Shown here piece after piece: positions 1 to 9,598 of a stretch of 64,000 bases of DNA. The stretch's first letter is position 1. Every line of letters begins with the position of its first letter. The notes beneath the pieces were generated by a model. That model was not told the DNA's origin and ran no database searches. It was given only the letters and a program-made list of their open reading frames with translations. The position numbers were made by a program, and so were the translations under genes. The stretch is from an uncultured Vicinamibacterales bacterium (GTDB taxonomy: Bacteria; Acidobacteriota; Vicinamibacteria; Vicinamibacterales; JAKQTR01). The stretch spans positions 521 through 64,520 of the forward strand of contig CAYNDV010000007.1 in the NCBI GenBank assembly GCA_964396055.1, written 5' to 3'.

Positions 1-28
1 GTACGCCCCAGGGGAGAGGAGGCTCAAG

Positions 29-3000
29 ATGTCATCGCGCAGTTATCGTCGAGTCGCGGGCGCCGTGCTGGCACTGGCGCTCGCGGCGTGGCTGGCCGGT
101 CCGTCCGCGGCAGCCGCGCAAACCGAAACCGGTCGCGTGGCCGGCATCGTCACCGACCAGAGCGGAGGCGTCATTCCCGGCGCCTCGATCACCCTGACGG
201 CGGTCGCCACCCAGGCGGCGCGCACCGCCGTCAGCGACGAGCACGGCCGGTATACCTTCGTGGCGGTGCTCCCGGGCGAGTACGAGCTGCTGGTGGAACT
301 CCAGGGCTTCGCGCCGCGGCGGTCACGGGTCCAGCTCGCCGTGGGGGGCTCGGTCGAACTCACGGCCCGGCTGGAGGTGGCCACCCAGGCCGAAACCGTG
401 AACGTGATCGCGGAGACGCCCGTCATCAACACCGTCAACTCGGAGGTGTCGACGGTGGTCTCGCAGGCGCAGGTGCGGGAGCTGCCCAGCATCACGCGCA
501 ACATCTACGATTTCGTCGGTGTGGCGGGGAACGTGTCGGCCGACGATCCGAGCGGCGCCAACGGGCGGGGGGCCGGCGGGTTCGTCCTGAACGGACTCCG
601 GGCGGCGTCGACCAACGTCCTGCTGGATGGGTCAGCCAACAACGACGAGTTCCGGGCGTCGGTGGGCATCCAGGTGCCCCTCGACTCGGTGCAGGAGTTC
701 AGCGTCATCACGTCGAACTTCTCGGCGCAGTACGGCCGGGCCACGGGCGGCGTGGTGAACGTGGTGACCAAGTCGGGCAGCAACCGGCTGACCGGAACGG
801 GGTACGTCTTCTACCGCGACGAGAAGCTGGCGTCGAACCTGTACGACAACGAGCAGCGCGGCGTCGACAAGGATCCCTTCACGCGCAGCCAGAGCGGCTT
901 CTCGATCGGCGGGCCCATCCGCCGCGACCGGATGCACTTCTTCGGCAGCGGCGAGTACATCCGCGTGCGCAGCAACGCCACCGACGTGGCGCTGGTGCCC
1001 ACGCCCCAGCTGATCGCCCTCACGTCGCCGATCACGCAGGCGTTCTTCTCGGACTATGCGGCGCTGCCGATCAACGGACCGCTGCTCACGGCCGGGGAGA
1101 TCGCGGGCGTGCGGCCCGGCGGGCCGTTCTCCCAGATTCCGGCGAACACGCCGGTGTTCGGCCAGGTGATCCAGCAGTTCCCCGCCGACGCAGGGGCGGG
1201 CCTGCCCGAGGATCACTACCAGGCCGTCGCGCGCATCGACTGGTCGCTCAGCAACAACGCGAGCATGTATGCGCGCTACGCGCTGCAGACCCGCGACCAG
1301 CTGGCGGGCACCAACGCCAACAGCGCGTACGAGGGCTTCAACACCGGCACCACGATCAACAACCAGAACATCCTGGCGTCCTACACGCACGTCTTCGGCA
1401 GCGCGTTCACGTCGCAGTCGAAGTTCGTCTACAACTACATGTCGAACGAGCAGCCGCTGAACGGCGACCCGACCCCGACGCTGTACCTGCGCGCGTCGCG
1501 GACGAGCATCGGCGGCATCAAGGTGGCCCTGCCCGGCTACCTGCCCTACAACCCCGGCAGCGCCATTCCTTTCGGAGGCCCGCAGAAGCTGGCGCAGTTC
1601 TACCAGGACGCCACCCTGATCCGCAGCAGCCACGAGTGGCGGTTCGGCGGGTCGTACGTCCGGATCATGGACGACCGGATGTTCGGCGCGTTCATGAACC
1701 CGGTGCAGACCCTGGGCGGCTCGCTCGGTGAGGCCCTGGACAACCTCGTGCTGGGCCAGCTGCTGCAGTTCCAGACCGCCATCGATCCGCAGGGCCGGTA
1801 TCCGGGCGACACGATGACGCTGCCCGCCAGCCAGCCGCAGTTCACGCGCAACAACCGGTACAACGAGTGGGCGCTCTACGTGAACGACACGTGGCGCGTC
1901 CGGCCCCGGCTCACGCTGAACGCGGGCCTGCGCTACGAGCTCTACGGCGTCCAGCACAACACGGACCCGTCCCTCGACTCGAACTTCTACTTCGGCGAGG
2001 GCAACATCTGGCAGAGCGTCCGGAGCGGCCAGATGATGGTGGCGCCCGACAGCCCGTTGGGCGCCTTGTGGCAGACCGACTGGAACAACGTCGCCCCGCG
2101 CGTCGGCTTCGCGTGGGACGTGCTCGGCGACGGCCGCACCAGCATCCGCGGCGGCTACGGCATGGGGTACGAGCGGAACTTCGGCAACGTGACGTTCAAC
2201 GTCATCCAGAACCCGCCGAATTACGCCGTGGTCTCGCTCACGGCGCCGACCGATGTGCCCTGGCTCCCGATCTTCCGGACGGTCGAAGGCCCGCTGGCGG
2301 GCACGGGCACGGCCCGCATCCCCAGCACCAGCACCCGCAACGTCGACCCGGACATCGTCAACTCCTACGCGCACTTCTGGAGCCTGGCCTTCCAGCGCGA
2401 GCTCTGGAAGCGGACGACGTTGTCAATGGAGTACGTCGGATCGGCCGGCCAGGGGCTGTACAGCCTCTCGAACGTGAACCGGGCCGGCGCCGGCGCCTAC
2501 TACCTGGGCGACAGCAACCCGAACGCCCGGCTGCGGACGACGCAGTACACCAACATGAACACCCGCATGAACGGCGGGCGTTCCCGGTACCACGGGCTGG
2601 TGACCGGCCTCACCTACTCGCGCCTCGCCGAGACGGGGCTCGACCTCCGCGGCACCTACACCTACGGCCGCGCCAAGGACAACCTCAGCTCGACCTTCAG
2701 CGAGTCGACCAACAACCTCAACCTCGGGTTCCTGGACCCGTTCGACCCGGACCTCGACTGGGGCTGGGCCGATTTCGACGTCCGCCACCGGTTGACCCTG
2801 TCGGGCATCTACGAGTTCCCGTTCTTCAAGAACGCGACGGGCGTCGCCCGCACCTTGGGCGGCGGCTGGCAGGCGGCCTGGATCTTCACGGCGCAGACCG
2901 GCGCGCCCTTCACGGTGTTCGACTGCACCTATCAGGTGACGGCCTGCGCACGCATGGCGCAGGTGGGCGACATTCCGGGTTACACCCAGACGTCGACGGG

Positions 3001-3394
3001 CACGCCGAACCAGTTCCTCTATCTCGATCTGGCCAACCAGGCCCGTGGCATCGGGACGATCGTGAACGCGGCGGCGGGCACCAACGAGGTGCCCCCTGAG
3101 GGCGGCTATCCCTCCAACATGACGGCGCGCAACGCCTTCCGGCGGCCCGGCCGCTGGAACCTCGACGCGTCGTTCGTCAAGCGGTTCCGCTTCGGCACCC
3201 GCGCCGCGGCAAACCTGCGCATCGAGGTCTACAACCTGCTGAACCACGCCAACCTCTACGTCGTGGACGACTCGGCGGATGTGTCGCTGGGCACCGAGAT
3301 CTACGCGGTGCGCGGCTACACCGGCCCGGCCGGGTACGGCCGCCCGGGTGACGGCCAGCGCCGGGTGCAGATCGGCGTGAAGTTCGAGTTCTAG
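29..3394 (+). CDS. TonB-dependent outer-membrane receptor with N-terminal carboxypeptidase-regulatory-like domain
   Basis: 1121-aa ORF with AGGAGG (17-22) 6 nt before the ATG. Signal peptide ends ..GPSAAAAQ. The N-terminal segment GRVAGIVTDQSGGVIPGASITL is typical of the CarboxypepD_reg domain fused to TonB-dependent barrels. The C-terminus ..VKFEF ends in Phe, as in outer-membrane beta-barrels. Confidence 0.85.
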   Translation: MSSRSYRRVAGAVLALALAAWLAGPSAAAAQTETGRVAGIVTDQSGGVIPGASITLTAVATQAARTAVSDEHGRYTFVAVLPGEYELLVELQGFAPRRSRVQLAVGGSVELTARLEVATQAETVNVIAETPVINTVNSEVSTVVSQAQVRELPSITRNIYDFVGVAGNVSADDPSGANGRGAGGFVLNGLRAASTNVLLDGSANNDEFRASVGIQVPLDSVQEFSVITSNFSAQYGRATGGVVNVVTKSGSNRLTGTGYVFYRDEKLASNLYDNEQRGVDKDPFTRSQSGFSIGGPIRRDRMHFFGSGEYIRVRSNATDVALVPTPQLIALTSPITQAFFSDYAALPINGPLLTAGEIAGVRPGGPFSQIPANTPVFGQVIQQFPADAGAGLPEDHYQAVARIDWSLSNNASMYARYALQTRDQLAGTNANSAYEGFNTGTTINNQNILASYTHVFGSAFTSQSKFVYNYMSNEQPLNGDPTPTLYLRASRTSIGGIKVALPGYLPYNPGSAIPFGGPQKLAQFYQDATLIRSSHEWRFGGSYVRIMDDRMFGAFMNPVQTLGGSLGEALDNLVLGQLLQFQTAIDPQGRYPGDTMTLPASQPQFTRNNRYNEWALYVNDTWRVRPRLTLNAGLRYELYGVQHNTDPSLDSNFYFGEGNIWQSVRSGQMMVAPDSPLGALWQTDWNNVAPRVGFAWDVLGDGRTSIRGGYGMGYERNFGNVTFNVIQNPPNYAVVSLTAPTDVPWLPIFRTVEGPLAGTGTARIPSTSTRNVDPDIVNSYAHFWSLAFQRELWKRTTLSMEYVGSAGQGLYSLSNVNRAGAGAYYLGDSNPNARLRTTQYTNMNTRMNGGRSRYHGLVTGLTYSRLAETGLDLRGTYTYGRAKDNLSSTFSESTNNLNLGFLDPFDPDLDWGWADFDVRHRLTLSGIYEFPFFKNATGVARTLGGGWQAAWIFTAQTGAPFTVFDCTYQVTACARMAQVGDIPGYTQTSTGTPNQFLYLDLANQARGIGTIVNAAAGTNEVPPEGGYPSNMTARNAFRRPGRWNLDASFVKRFRFGTRAAANLRIEVYNLLNHANLYVVDDSADVSLGTEIYAVRGYTGPAGYGRPGDGQRRVQIGVKFEF

Positions 3395-3409
3395 GCCTCG
3401 CGCATCGGC

Positions 3410-3458
3410 GGGGGCCGGCCGCAGCCGGCCCCCGCGGGCGTCCGGCGCCCGCCGGACG
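3410..3458 (+). terminator. Two tandem GC-rich stem-loops downstream of the receptor gene
   Basis: GGGGGCCGGC-CGCA-GCCGGCCCCC (3410-3433, perfect 10-bp stem) is followed by CGTCCGGCG-CC-CGCCGGACG (3439-3458). There is no U-tract, so this is terminator-like only. Confidence 0.45.
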
Positions 3459-3526
3459 ACCCGCCCGTCCCCGCCCGCCCCGGATTCGTGGTATTCCTGT
3501 CTGGTAGTCCCTCAGGAGACGATTCC

Positions 3527-4792
3527 GTGTATCAACGTACCCGCCACGATCTCGCCCGCGAGCTGAACACCATCCGGACCTCCGGCCTCTACAAGGACGA
3601 GCGCATTATCCTCTCGGACCAGAAAGCCGACATCACGGTCCGCTACCCGGCCGACGCCGAACCGCGCGAGGTCCTGAACTTCTGCTCCAACAACTACCTC
3701 GGGCTGGCCAACCACCCTGAGATCATCAAGGCCGCGCACGCCGGGCTCGAGTCGCACGGCTTCGGCCTGTCGTCGGTCCGTTTCATCTGCGGCACCCAGG
3801 ACCTGCACAAGCAGCTCGAGCGGCGCATCGCCGACTTCTACCAGCTCGACGACGCGATCCTGTACTCGTCGTGCTTCGACGCGAACGGCGGGCTGTTCGA
3901 GAGCATCCTGACCGGCGAGGACGTCATCATCACCGACGCCCTCAACCACGCCAGCATCATCGACGGCATCCGCCTGTGCAAGGCGAAGCGGCTCATCTAC
4001 GAGCACGCCAACATGCAGGACCTGGAGCAGAAGCTCATCCGCGCCCGCGAAGGGTCGGACGTGTGGGAGCATACCGGCCTCGGCCAGGAGCCGGTGCCCG
4101 CGCGCAACATCCTCGTCGCCACCGACGGCGCGTTCTCGATGGACGGCGACATCGGCAAGCTGCGCGAGATCGTGGATCTCGCCAACACCTACGACGCGAT
4201 GGTGATGGTGGACGAGTCGCACGCCACGGGATTCCTGGGCGCGACGGGCCGCGGCGCCGTCGAGCACTGCGGCGTGCTGGGCGAGGTGGACATCGTCACC
4301 TCCACGCTGGGCAAGGCCATGGGCGGCGCCCTGGGCGGCTTCACGACCGCGCGCAGGGAGATCGTGGAGATGCTGCGCCAGCGCTCGCGGCCCTACCTCT
4401 TCTCGAACTCCCTGGCGCCCTGCATCGTGTCGGCCGCGCTGACCGCCTTCGACCTCGTCGAACGCGGCGCCGACCTGCGCGAGCGCCTCATGCGCAATAC
4501 GCAGCGGTTCCGCTCGGGCATGCAGGCCCTGGGCTTCGACATCATCGACAGCGTGCACCCCATCGTCCCGGTCTTGTTCCGCCGGTTCGAGAACGACGCC
4601 CATCTGGCCGTGTCGATGGCGAAGGGGCTCTTCGAGGAAGGGATCTACGTCGTGGGCTTCTCCTTCCCGGTGGTGCCGAAGGGCCAGGCGCGCATCCGGG
4701 TGCAGCTCTCCGCCGCGCACGCGCCCGAGCACGTCGAGCGGGCCATCAGTGCCTTCGAGAAGGTGGGCCGCGCGCACGGGGTGATCGCGTAA
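3527..4792 (+). CDS. kbl: Glycine C-acetyltransferase (2-amino-3-ketobutyrate CoA ligase)
   Basis: Motifs match E. coli Kbl by eye: [34 protein letters not shown] and the TLGKA PLP-lysine. I moved the start to the in-frame GTG at 3527, which is preceded by AGGAG (3514-3518). The ORF-track start 3488 remains possible. There is an insertion of about 14 aa ([15 protein letters not shown]) relative to E. coli. Confidence 0.9.
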   Translation: MYQRTRHDLARELNTIRTSGLYKDERIILSDQKADITVRYPADAEPREVLNFCSNNYLGLANHPEIIKAAHAGLESHGFGLSSVRFICGTQDLHKQLERRIADFYQLDDAILYSSCFDANGGLFESILTGEDVIITDALNHASIIDGIRLCKAKRLIYEHANMQDLEQKLIRAREGSDVWEHTGLGQEPVPARNILVATDGAFSMDGDIGKLREIVDLANTYDAMVMVDESHATGFLGATGRGAVEHCGVLGEVDIVTSTLGKAMGGALGGFTTARREIVEMLRQRSRPYLFSNSLAPCIVSAALTAFDLVERGADLRERLMRNTQRFRSGMQALGFDIIDSVHPIVPVLFRRFENDAHLAVSMAKGLFEEGIYVVGFSFPVVPKGQARIRVQLSAAHAPEHVERAISAFEKVGRAHGVIA

Positions 4793-4798
4793 GGGAGG

Positions 4799-4828
4799 CC
4801 TTCGTGGGCGCCGGCTTCAGCCGGCGCC
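4799..4828. repeat. REP-B hairpin, a likely terminator between the convergent kbl and GGDEF genes
   Basis: CCTTCGTGGGCGCCGGC-TTCA-GCCGGCGCC has a 9-bp stem (4807-4815 / 4820-4828). It shares the TTCGTGGCG..CGGCTTCAGCCGG core with the copies at 14488 and 14622. Confidence 0.6.
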
Positions 4829-4856
4829 GATCCGCGAGTCGCGTCCGGATCCCAAT

Positions 4857-5681
4857 CTAGACGGTCACCACCTTGTTGCGACCGCTGAGCTTGGCCTTGA
4901 TGACGGCGCTGTCGGCGCGGGCCACCATGGGCTGCCAGTCGGTTTCGCCGGCGTCGAGTTCGGCCACGCCGACGCTGACCGTGATGCGCAATTCGGGCTC
5001 GCTGCCCGACTCGCCGCCAAACCCCAGTTCCTCGGACTCGACCGAGGCGCGCAGGCGATCGGCCAGGGCGGTGGCCTGCTCGGCGGTGGTCGCGGGCGCA
5101 ATCACCAGGATTTCCTCCCCGCCGTAGCGCGCGACCACGTCCGATTCGCGCACGCCGGTCAGCAGCAGGTTGCCAAGGTACCCCAACACGCGGTCACCCA
5201 CCTCCCGGCCCCACTTCTCGTTGAGACGCCGGAAGTGGTCGAGGTCGAACAGCAGCACGGACAGCGGCACGGCGTGACGGCGGGCGCGCGCCACCTCTTC
5301 GGCGAGCCGATGCTCCAGGTAGCGCCGGTTGAACACGCCCACGAGGGCATCGGTGATGGTCTCGCGTTCGGGCTTCGCGGCCTGGGCCAGGCCCTCGACG
5401 GCCGCGTCCACGGCCCGCACGATCACCAGCACGAGTGCGCCCGCCAGGAACAGGCAGCCCGGCAGCGCGAGATCGGCCCAGCTGTGGTGCTGGTCCCAGA
5501 AGCCCACGAGGTACGCCGCGTTCAGCACGACGAGCAGCACGATGCCCCACACGACCGCCTGCCAGCGGGAGCGGGCGCGGCCCTCCGGCAATCGCCGGAC
5601 CAGCGCGTTGGCCGATACGAGGGCGGTCACCATCAGCAGCGCCCCCACCACGACGAGAATCTCGGCCGCGAACCTCATCAC
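4857..5681 (-). CDS. Membrane-anchored diguanylate cyclase (GGDEF domain)
   Basis: N-terminal TM helices are followed by a GGDEF domain. An RxxD I-site (RESD) lies 5 aa before RYGGEEI. The start overlaps the stop of the upstream carbonic anhydrase gene. Confidence 0.85.
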   Translation of the reverse strand: MMRFAAEILVVVGALLMVTALVSANALVRRLPEGRARSRWQAVVWGIVLLVVLNAAYLVGFWDQHHSWADLALPGCLFLAGALVLVIVRAVDAAVEGLAQAAKPERETITDALVGVFNRRYLEHRLAEEVARARRHAVPLSVLLFDLDHFRRLNEKWGREVGDRVLGYLGNLLLTGVRESDVVARYGGEEILVIAPATTAEQATALADRLRASVESEELGFGGESGSEPELRITVSVGVAELDAGETDWQPMVARADSAVIKAKLSGRNKVVTV

Positions 5682-6304
5682 CGTGCCTCCGGTCCCCGCC
5701 CGTCTGGCGGCGTCGCGGGCCCGGTCACCGTCACGTCCAGGTCCCGCAGCAGCCCGTCAGCCAGAGCATAGATCCAGCCGTGCAGCGCCAGCGGCCGGCC
5801 GGCCCGCCAGGCCGCCTGCACCACATCGGTCTGCGCCAGCACCCGCACCTGTTCCACCACGTTCGTCTCGCACAGGCGGTCCCACAGGGCCCCCGCAGAT
5901 TCGTCGTCGCGCCGCGCCCGCCGCGCCAGGTCCCTGACCGGCGCGAGCCAGCGATCGGCATGGCCGGTGGTGCCCCCGTCGATGGCCGCGCGGATGCCCC
6001 CGCAGCCGTAGTGTCCGCACACGATGATGTGCGCCACGCCGAGCGCCTCCACCGCGTACTGCACGACCGCCATCGCGTTGGGATCGTCGGGCCGGACGAT
6101 GTTGCTCACGTTACGGTGCACGAAGAGCTCGCCCGGCGCCAGGCCGACGATCTCGTTGGCCGGCACGCGGCTGTCGGCGCACCCGATCCACAGGTAGGAT
6201 GGCCGCTGGATGCCGCACAGGCGATCGAAGTACGCGGGATCGCTGCGCGTACACGCCGCGGCCCACGCCCGGTTGTTGGCGAACAGCTGGGGGAGGCACT
6301 TCAC
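5678..6304 (-). CDS. Beta-class carbonic anhydrase
   Basis: Beta-CA zinc-ligand motifs are present: IGCADSRVP and VCGHYGCGG. Length is 208 aa. Confidence 0.9.
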   Translation of the reverse strand: MKCLPQLFANNRAWAAACTRSDPAYFDRLCGIQRPSYLWIGCADSRVPANEIVGLAPGELFVHRNVSNIVRPDDPNAMAVVQYAVEALGVAHIIVCGHYGCGGIRAAIDGGTTGHADRWLAPVRDLARRARRDDESAGALWDRLCETNVVEQVRVLAQTDVVQAAWRAGRPLALHGWIYALADGLLRDLDVTVTGPATPPDGRGPEAR

Positions 6305-6445
6305 GGTCCTACTCTACCCCGAGTGTCGGCCGGGCTCCAGCCCGCCGCGCGCCGCGGGGCGGCAGGCCGCGGCTTGACCGTGTTGCGGCCGCGCGGATAG
6401 GCTGACGGTCTGGCGGCCGCACCGGCCGCGACAGAGGGGACGTGC

Positions 6446-8128
6446 ATGCCGCAGCTGGTCGAATGTGTGCCGAATTTCTCGGAGGGGCGCGACCGCGCCG
6501 TGATTGACGCCATCGCCCAGGCCATCGCCGGGGTGAGTGGCGTCCGGCTGCTGGACGTCGATCCCGGCGCCGACACGAACCGGACCGTCTATACCTTCGT
6601 GGGCCCGCCCGAGGCCGCGGCGGAGGCCGCGTTCCGGGCGGCGCGCCGGGCCGCCGAGGTGATCGACATGGCCGCGCACAAGGGCGCCCACCCGCGGATG
6701 GGCGCGATGGACGTGTGCCCGTTCGTGCCGGTGTCCGACATCTCCATGGACGAGTGCGCCGCCCTCGCCCACCGCGTGGGCCGCCGCATCGGCGACGAAC
6801 TGGGCATTCCGATCTACTTCTACGAACACGCCGCCACGTCCGAGGCCCGCCGCAGCCTGGCGGCCATCCGCGCCGGCGAATACGAGGGCCTGGCCAACAA
6901 GCTCGAGGATCCGGCGTGGATACCCGATGCCGGCCCGCGGCGCTTCAACGCCCGCTCGGGGGCCACGGTGGTCGGCGCCCGCGAGTTCCTGCTGGCCTAC
7001 AACGTCAACCTCAACACCCTCGACCGCAAGCTGGCCAACGACATCGCGCTCACCATCCGCGAGGGCGGCCGCGCGCAGCGGGATGCGCAGGGCAACATCG
7101 TCCGCAACCCCGACGGCACCAGCGTGAAGGTGGCAGGCCGGCTGAAAGCCGTGCGCGCCATCGGCTGGTACATCGAGCAGTACCGCCAGGCCCAGGTCTC
7201 CATCAACCTGCTCGACTACAAGACGACGCCCCTGCACGTGGTCTTCGAGACGGTGCGTGAGGAGGCCGAGAAGCGGGGGCTCATCGTCACCGGGTCGGAA
7301 CTGGTGGGCCTGACGCCCCTCGGGCCGATCCTCGAGGCCGGGCGCCATTTCCTGCGCAAGCAGGGCAAGTCCGCCGGTGTGCCGGAGCGCGAACTGGTCG
7401 AGTGCGCGGTCCGATCGATGGGCCTGGACCAGGTGGCGCCCTTCGAGGCGGACAAGAAAATCATCGAGTATCAGTTCCGGCCGGCGGCGCCCCTGATGGG
7501 CCTCACGTGCACGCGGTTCGTCGACGAGGTCTCCACCGAAGCGCCGGCCCCGGGCGGCGGATCGGTGGCGGCGCTGATGGGCAGCCTGGCGGCGGCGCTG
7601 GCGGTGATGGTGGCCAATCTCACGATTGGCAAGCAGGGCTACGAGGCCGTGTGGGGGGACATGCACGACCTTGCCGGGCGGGGCCAGGTCATCAAGGACC
7701 GGCTGGCGCGCGCGGTGGATCTCGATACCGAAGCGTTCAACGCCGTGATGAACGCGATGCGCCTGCCGAAGGGCTCACCGGACGAGGCGGCCGCCCGCAA
7801 CGCGGCCATCGAGGCCGCCAACATCCACGCGGCCGAAGTGCCGCTCGAGACCGTGCGGCTGTGCCTCGAGGCCGTGAAACTGGCCGAGACGGCCGCGGCG
7901 GGCAACAGGAACTCCGCCTCGGACGCGGGCGTGGCCGCGCTGGCGGCCCGGGCCGGGGCGGAAGGCGCGGCGCTCAACGTCCTGATCAACCTGGCCGGCA
8001 TCGCGGATCAGTCCTTCCGCGACGCGTGCGTCCAGGAGACCGGAGCCCTGGTGGCCGAAGTCCGGCAGCGGTGTGAAGCGGTGCAGGCGAAGGTGAAGGC
8101 CGGCTTCGCCGTCCCCGCCGCGTTCTGA
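6446..8128 (+). CDS. ftcD: Bifunctional glutamate formimidoyltransferase / formimidoyltetrahydrofolate cyclodeaminase
   Basis: The N-terminus MPQLVECVPNFSEGRD is typical of formiminotransferase. The Ala-rich helical C-terminal ~200 aa resembles cyclodeaminase. Total length is 560 aa, as in fused FTCD. Confidence 0.8.
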   Translation: MPQLVECVPNFSEGRDRAVIDAIAQAIAGVSGVRLLDVDPGADTNRTVYTFVGPPEAAAEAAFRAARRAAEVIDMAAHKGAHPRMGAMDVCPFVPVSDISMDECAALAHRVGRRIGDELGIPIYFYEHAATSEARRSLAAIRAGEYEGLANKLEDPAWIPDAGPRRFNARSGATVVGAREFLLAYNVNLNTLDRKLANDIALTIREGGRAQRDAQGNIVRNPDGTSVKVAGRLKAVRAIGWYIEQYRQAQVSINLLDYKTTPLHVVFETVREEAEKRGLIVTGSELVGLTPLGPILEAGRHFLRKQGKSAGVPERELVECAVRSMGLDQVAPFEADKKIIEYQFRPAAPLMGLTCTRFVDEVSTEAPAPGGGSVAALMGSLAAALAVMVANLTIGKQGYEAVWGDMHDLAGRGQVIKDRLARAVDLDTEAFNAVMNAMRLPKGSPDEAAARNAAIEAANIHAAEVPLETVRLCLEAVKLAETAAAGNRNSASDAGVAALAARAGAEGAALNVLINLAGIADQSFRDACVQETGALVAEVRQRCEAVQAKVKAGFAVPAAF

Positions 8129-8130
8129 CG

Positions 8131-8153
8131 AAAAAGGGGCCAGGCCCCTTTTT
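8131..8153. terminator. Bidirectional intrinsic terminator, copy 1
   Basis: Perfect 23-nt palindrome AAAAAGGGGCC-A-GGCCCCTTTTT. The GC stem is flanked by an A-tract and a T-tract, so it reads as a stem plus U-tract on both strands. Confidence 0.8.
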
Positions 8154-8169
8154 CACTCAGCGGAAGGGG

Positions 8170-8192
8170 AAAAAGGGGCCTGGCCCCTTTTT
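8170..8192. terminator. Bidirectional intrinsic terminator, copy 2
   Basis: Perfect 23-nt palindrome AAAAAGGGGCC-T-GGCCCCTTTTT. It directly abuts the stop codon of the minus-strand PFK gene (8193-8195). Confidence 0.8.
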
Positions 8193-9506
8193 CTAGACGA
8201 TCTCGGCGCCCGTGACGAACCCGTGCTTGTCGGGGTCCACCTGCAGGCGCGGCGGCTCGATCTCCATCAGGTACTCGAACTCCTCCCGGAACTGCTTCAG
8301 CGACCGTCCGCAGGTGGCCGCCAGCTTGGCCAGCTCGCGCGCGTCGGTGAAGTCCTCGCGCTTGAGCCGCAGCATGTAGCTGCGCGCGATGGCGTACCGC
8401 TCCGAGTGGATGTTCACCTGGCGGACCCGCGACCGGCCGGTCTCGGGATCGAGCATGTCCTGGAACGGGATCGGCACGAAGTGGCCGCCCTGCATCGAAA
8501 TCATCGCGGCCGTGCCGCCGCCCAGGATGTACTTGGCGGCGCAGTAGCCGAGGTCGCGCGTGTACTCCATGTCCACGGGGATGGGGTCGGCGCAGCGCAG
8601 TTCGTAGCCGATGTTCTTGGCCACGATCGTCGGCTTCATGCCGAACTCCTTCAGCCGGTTCGACACCTCGGCCTTCAGGATTTCGCCGATGTTGACTTCG
8701 GCGATCCGCACATTGCCGTGCGCGTCGCGCTCCACCTCTTCCAGCATGGCCAGGTCGGCCGGGTCGAGGGTGGGGACGAGGCCTTCGGCGACGATGGCCA
8801 CGCCGTCGCGGCGCCCCTGGCTCGCGCGCTTGATGATGGCGCCGGCCAGCGTGTCGACGATGGTCTTCAGGCGGACGGTTTCGCCGGCGAACTCCTCGCG
8901 GATGATGCTCAACGTGGCGCCCGCGGACTTGCCGATGCCCAGGGCCAGGTGGCCGGCCGTGCGGCCCATCGTCACGACGAAGTACCAGCGGTTCGACGTG
9001 CGCGCGTCGACCATCAGGTTCTTGACGATTTCGACGCCGATGTGACGCGCGGTCTGGAACCCGAAGGTGTCCACGAAGGCCGGCAGCGGCAGGTCGTTGT
9101 CGATGGTCTTCGGCACGTGCACGACCCGGATGCGCCCGTCGGCCTTCTCGACGAGCTTCATCGCCGAGAACGCCGTGTCGTCGCCGCCGATGGTGATGAG
9201 CATCGACACGTCGAGGCGCAGCAGCGCCAGGACGGTGTTCTCGAGATGCACCGGGTTCTTCGTGGGGTTCGCGCGCGAGATGCCGATGTGCGAGCCGCCG
9301 CGGAAGTGGATGCGTGAGACTTCTTCGATCGTCAGCGGATGGACGTGATCGAGGTCGCCCTGCATCAGCCACTCGAAGCCGTCGCGCACGCCCACGACAT
9401 CCACGCCCTCGAGGGCGCAGCGGATGGTGGCGGCACTGATGACACTGTTGATGCCGGGCGCAGGACCGCCCCCGACGAGGATGGCGACTTTCTCACGGTG
9501 GAGCAC
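8193..9506 (-). CDS. pfp: Pyrophosphate-dependent 6-phosphofructokinase (predicted)
   Basis: PFK motifs are GGGPAPGIN, GGDDT and PKTIDND. The Asp in GGDD and the Lys in PKTIDND are the residues associated with PPi rather than ATP use. The GTG start has GGGAGG 8 nt upstream. Confidence 0.85.
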   Translation of the reverse strand: MLHREKVAILVGGGPAPGINSVISAATIRCALEGVDVVGVRDGFEWLMQGDLDHVHPLTIEEVSRIHFRGGSHIGISRANPTKNPVHLENTVLALLRLDVSMLITIGGDDTAFSAMKLVEKADGRIRVVHVPKTIDNDLPLPAFVDTFGFQTARHIGVEIVKNLMVDARTSNRWYFVVTMGRTAGHLALGIGKSAGATLSIIREEFAGETVRLKTIVDTLAGAIIKRASQGRRDGVAIVAEGLVPTLDPADLAMLEEVERDAHGNVRIAEVNIGEILKAEVSNRLKEFGMKPTIVAKNIGYELRCADPIPVDMEYTRDLGYCAAKYILGGGTAAMISMQGGHFVPIPFQDMLDPETGRSRVRQVNIHSERYAIARSYMLRLKREDFTDARELAKLAATCGRSLKQFREEFEYLMEIEPPRLQVDPDKHGFVTGAEIV

Positions 9507-9598
9507 GGCGACGACCTCCCGCGCGCCTGCTCGCGGGTCAGAACCAATCCGCCGGCGGCTGGCGCCTCTCGATCCGCTCGATCTTACTTCATGTCTGG

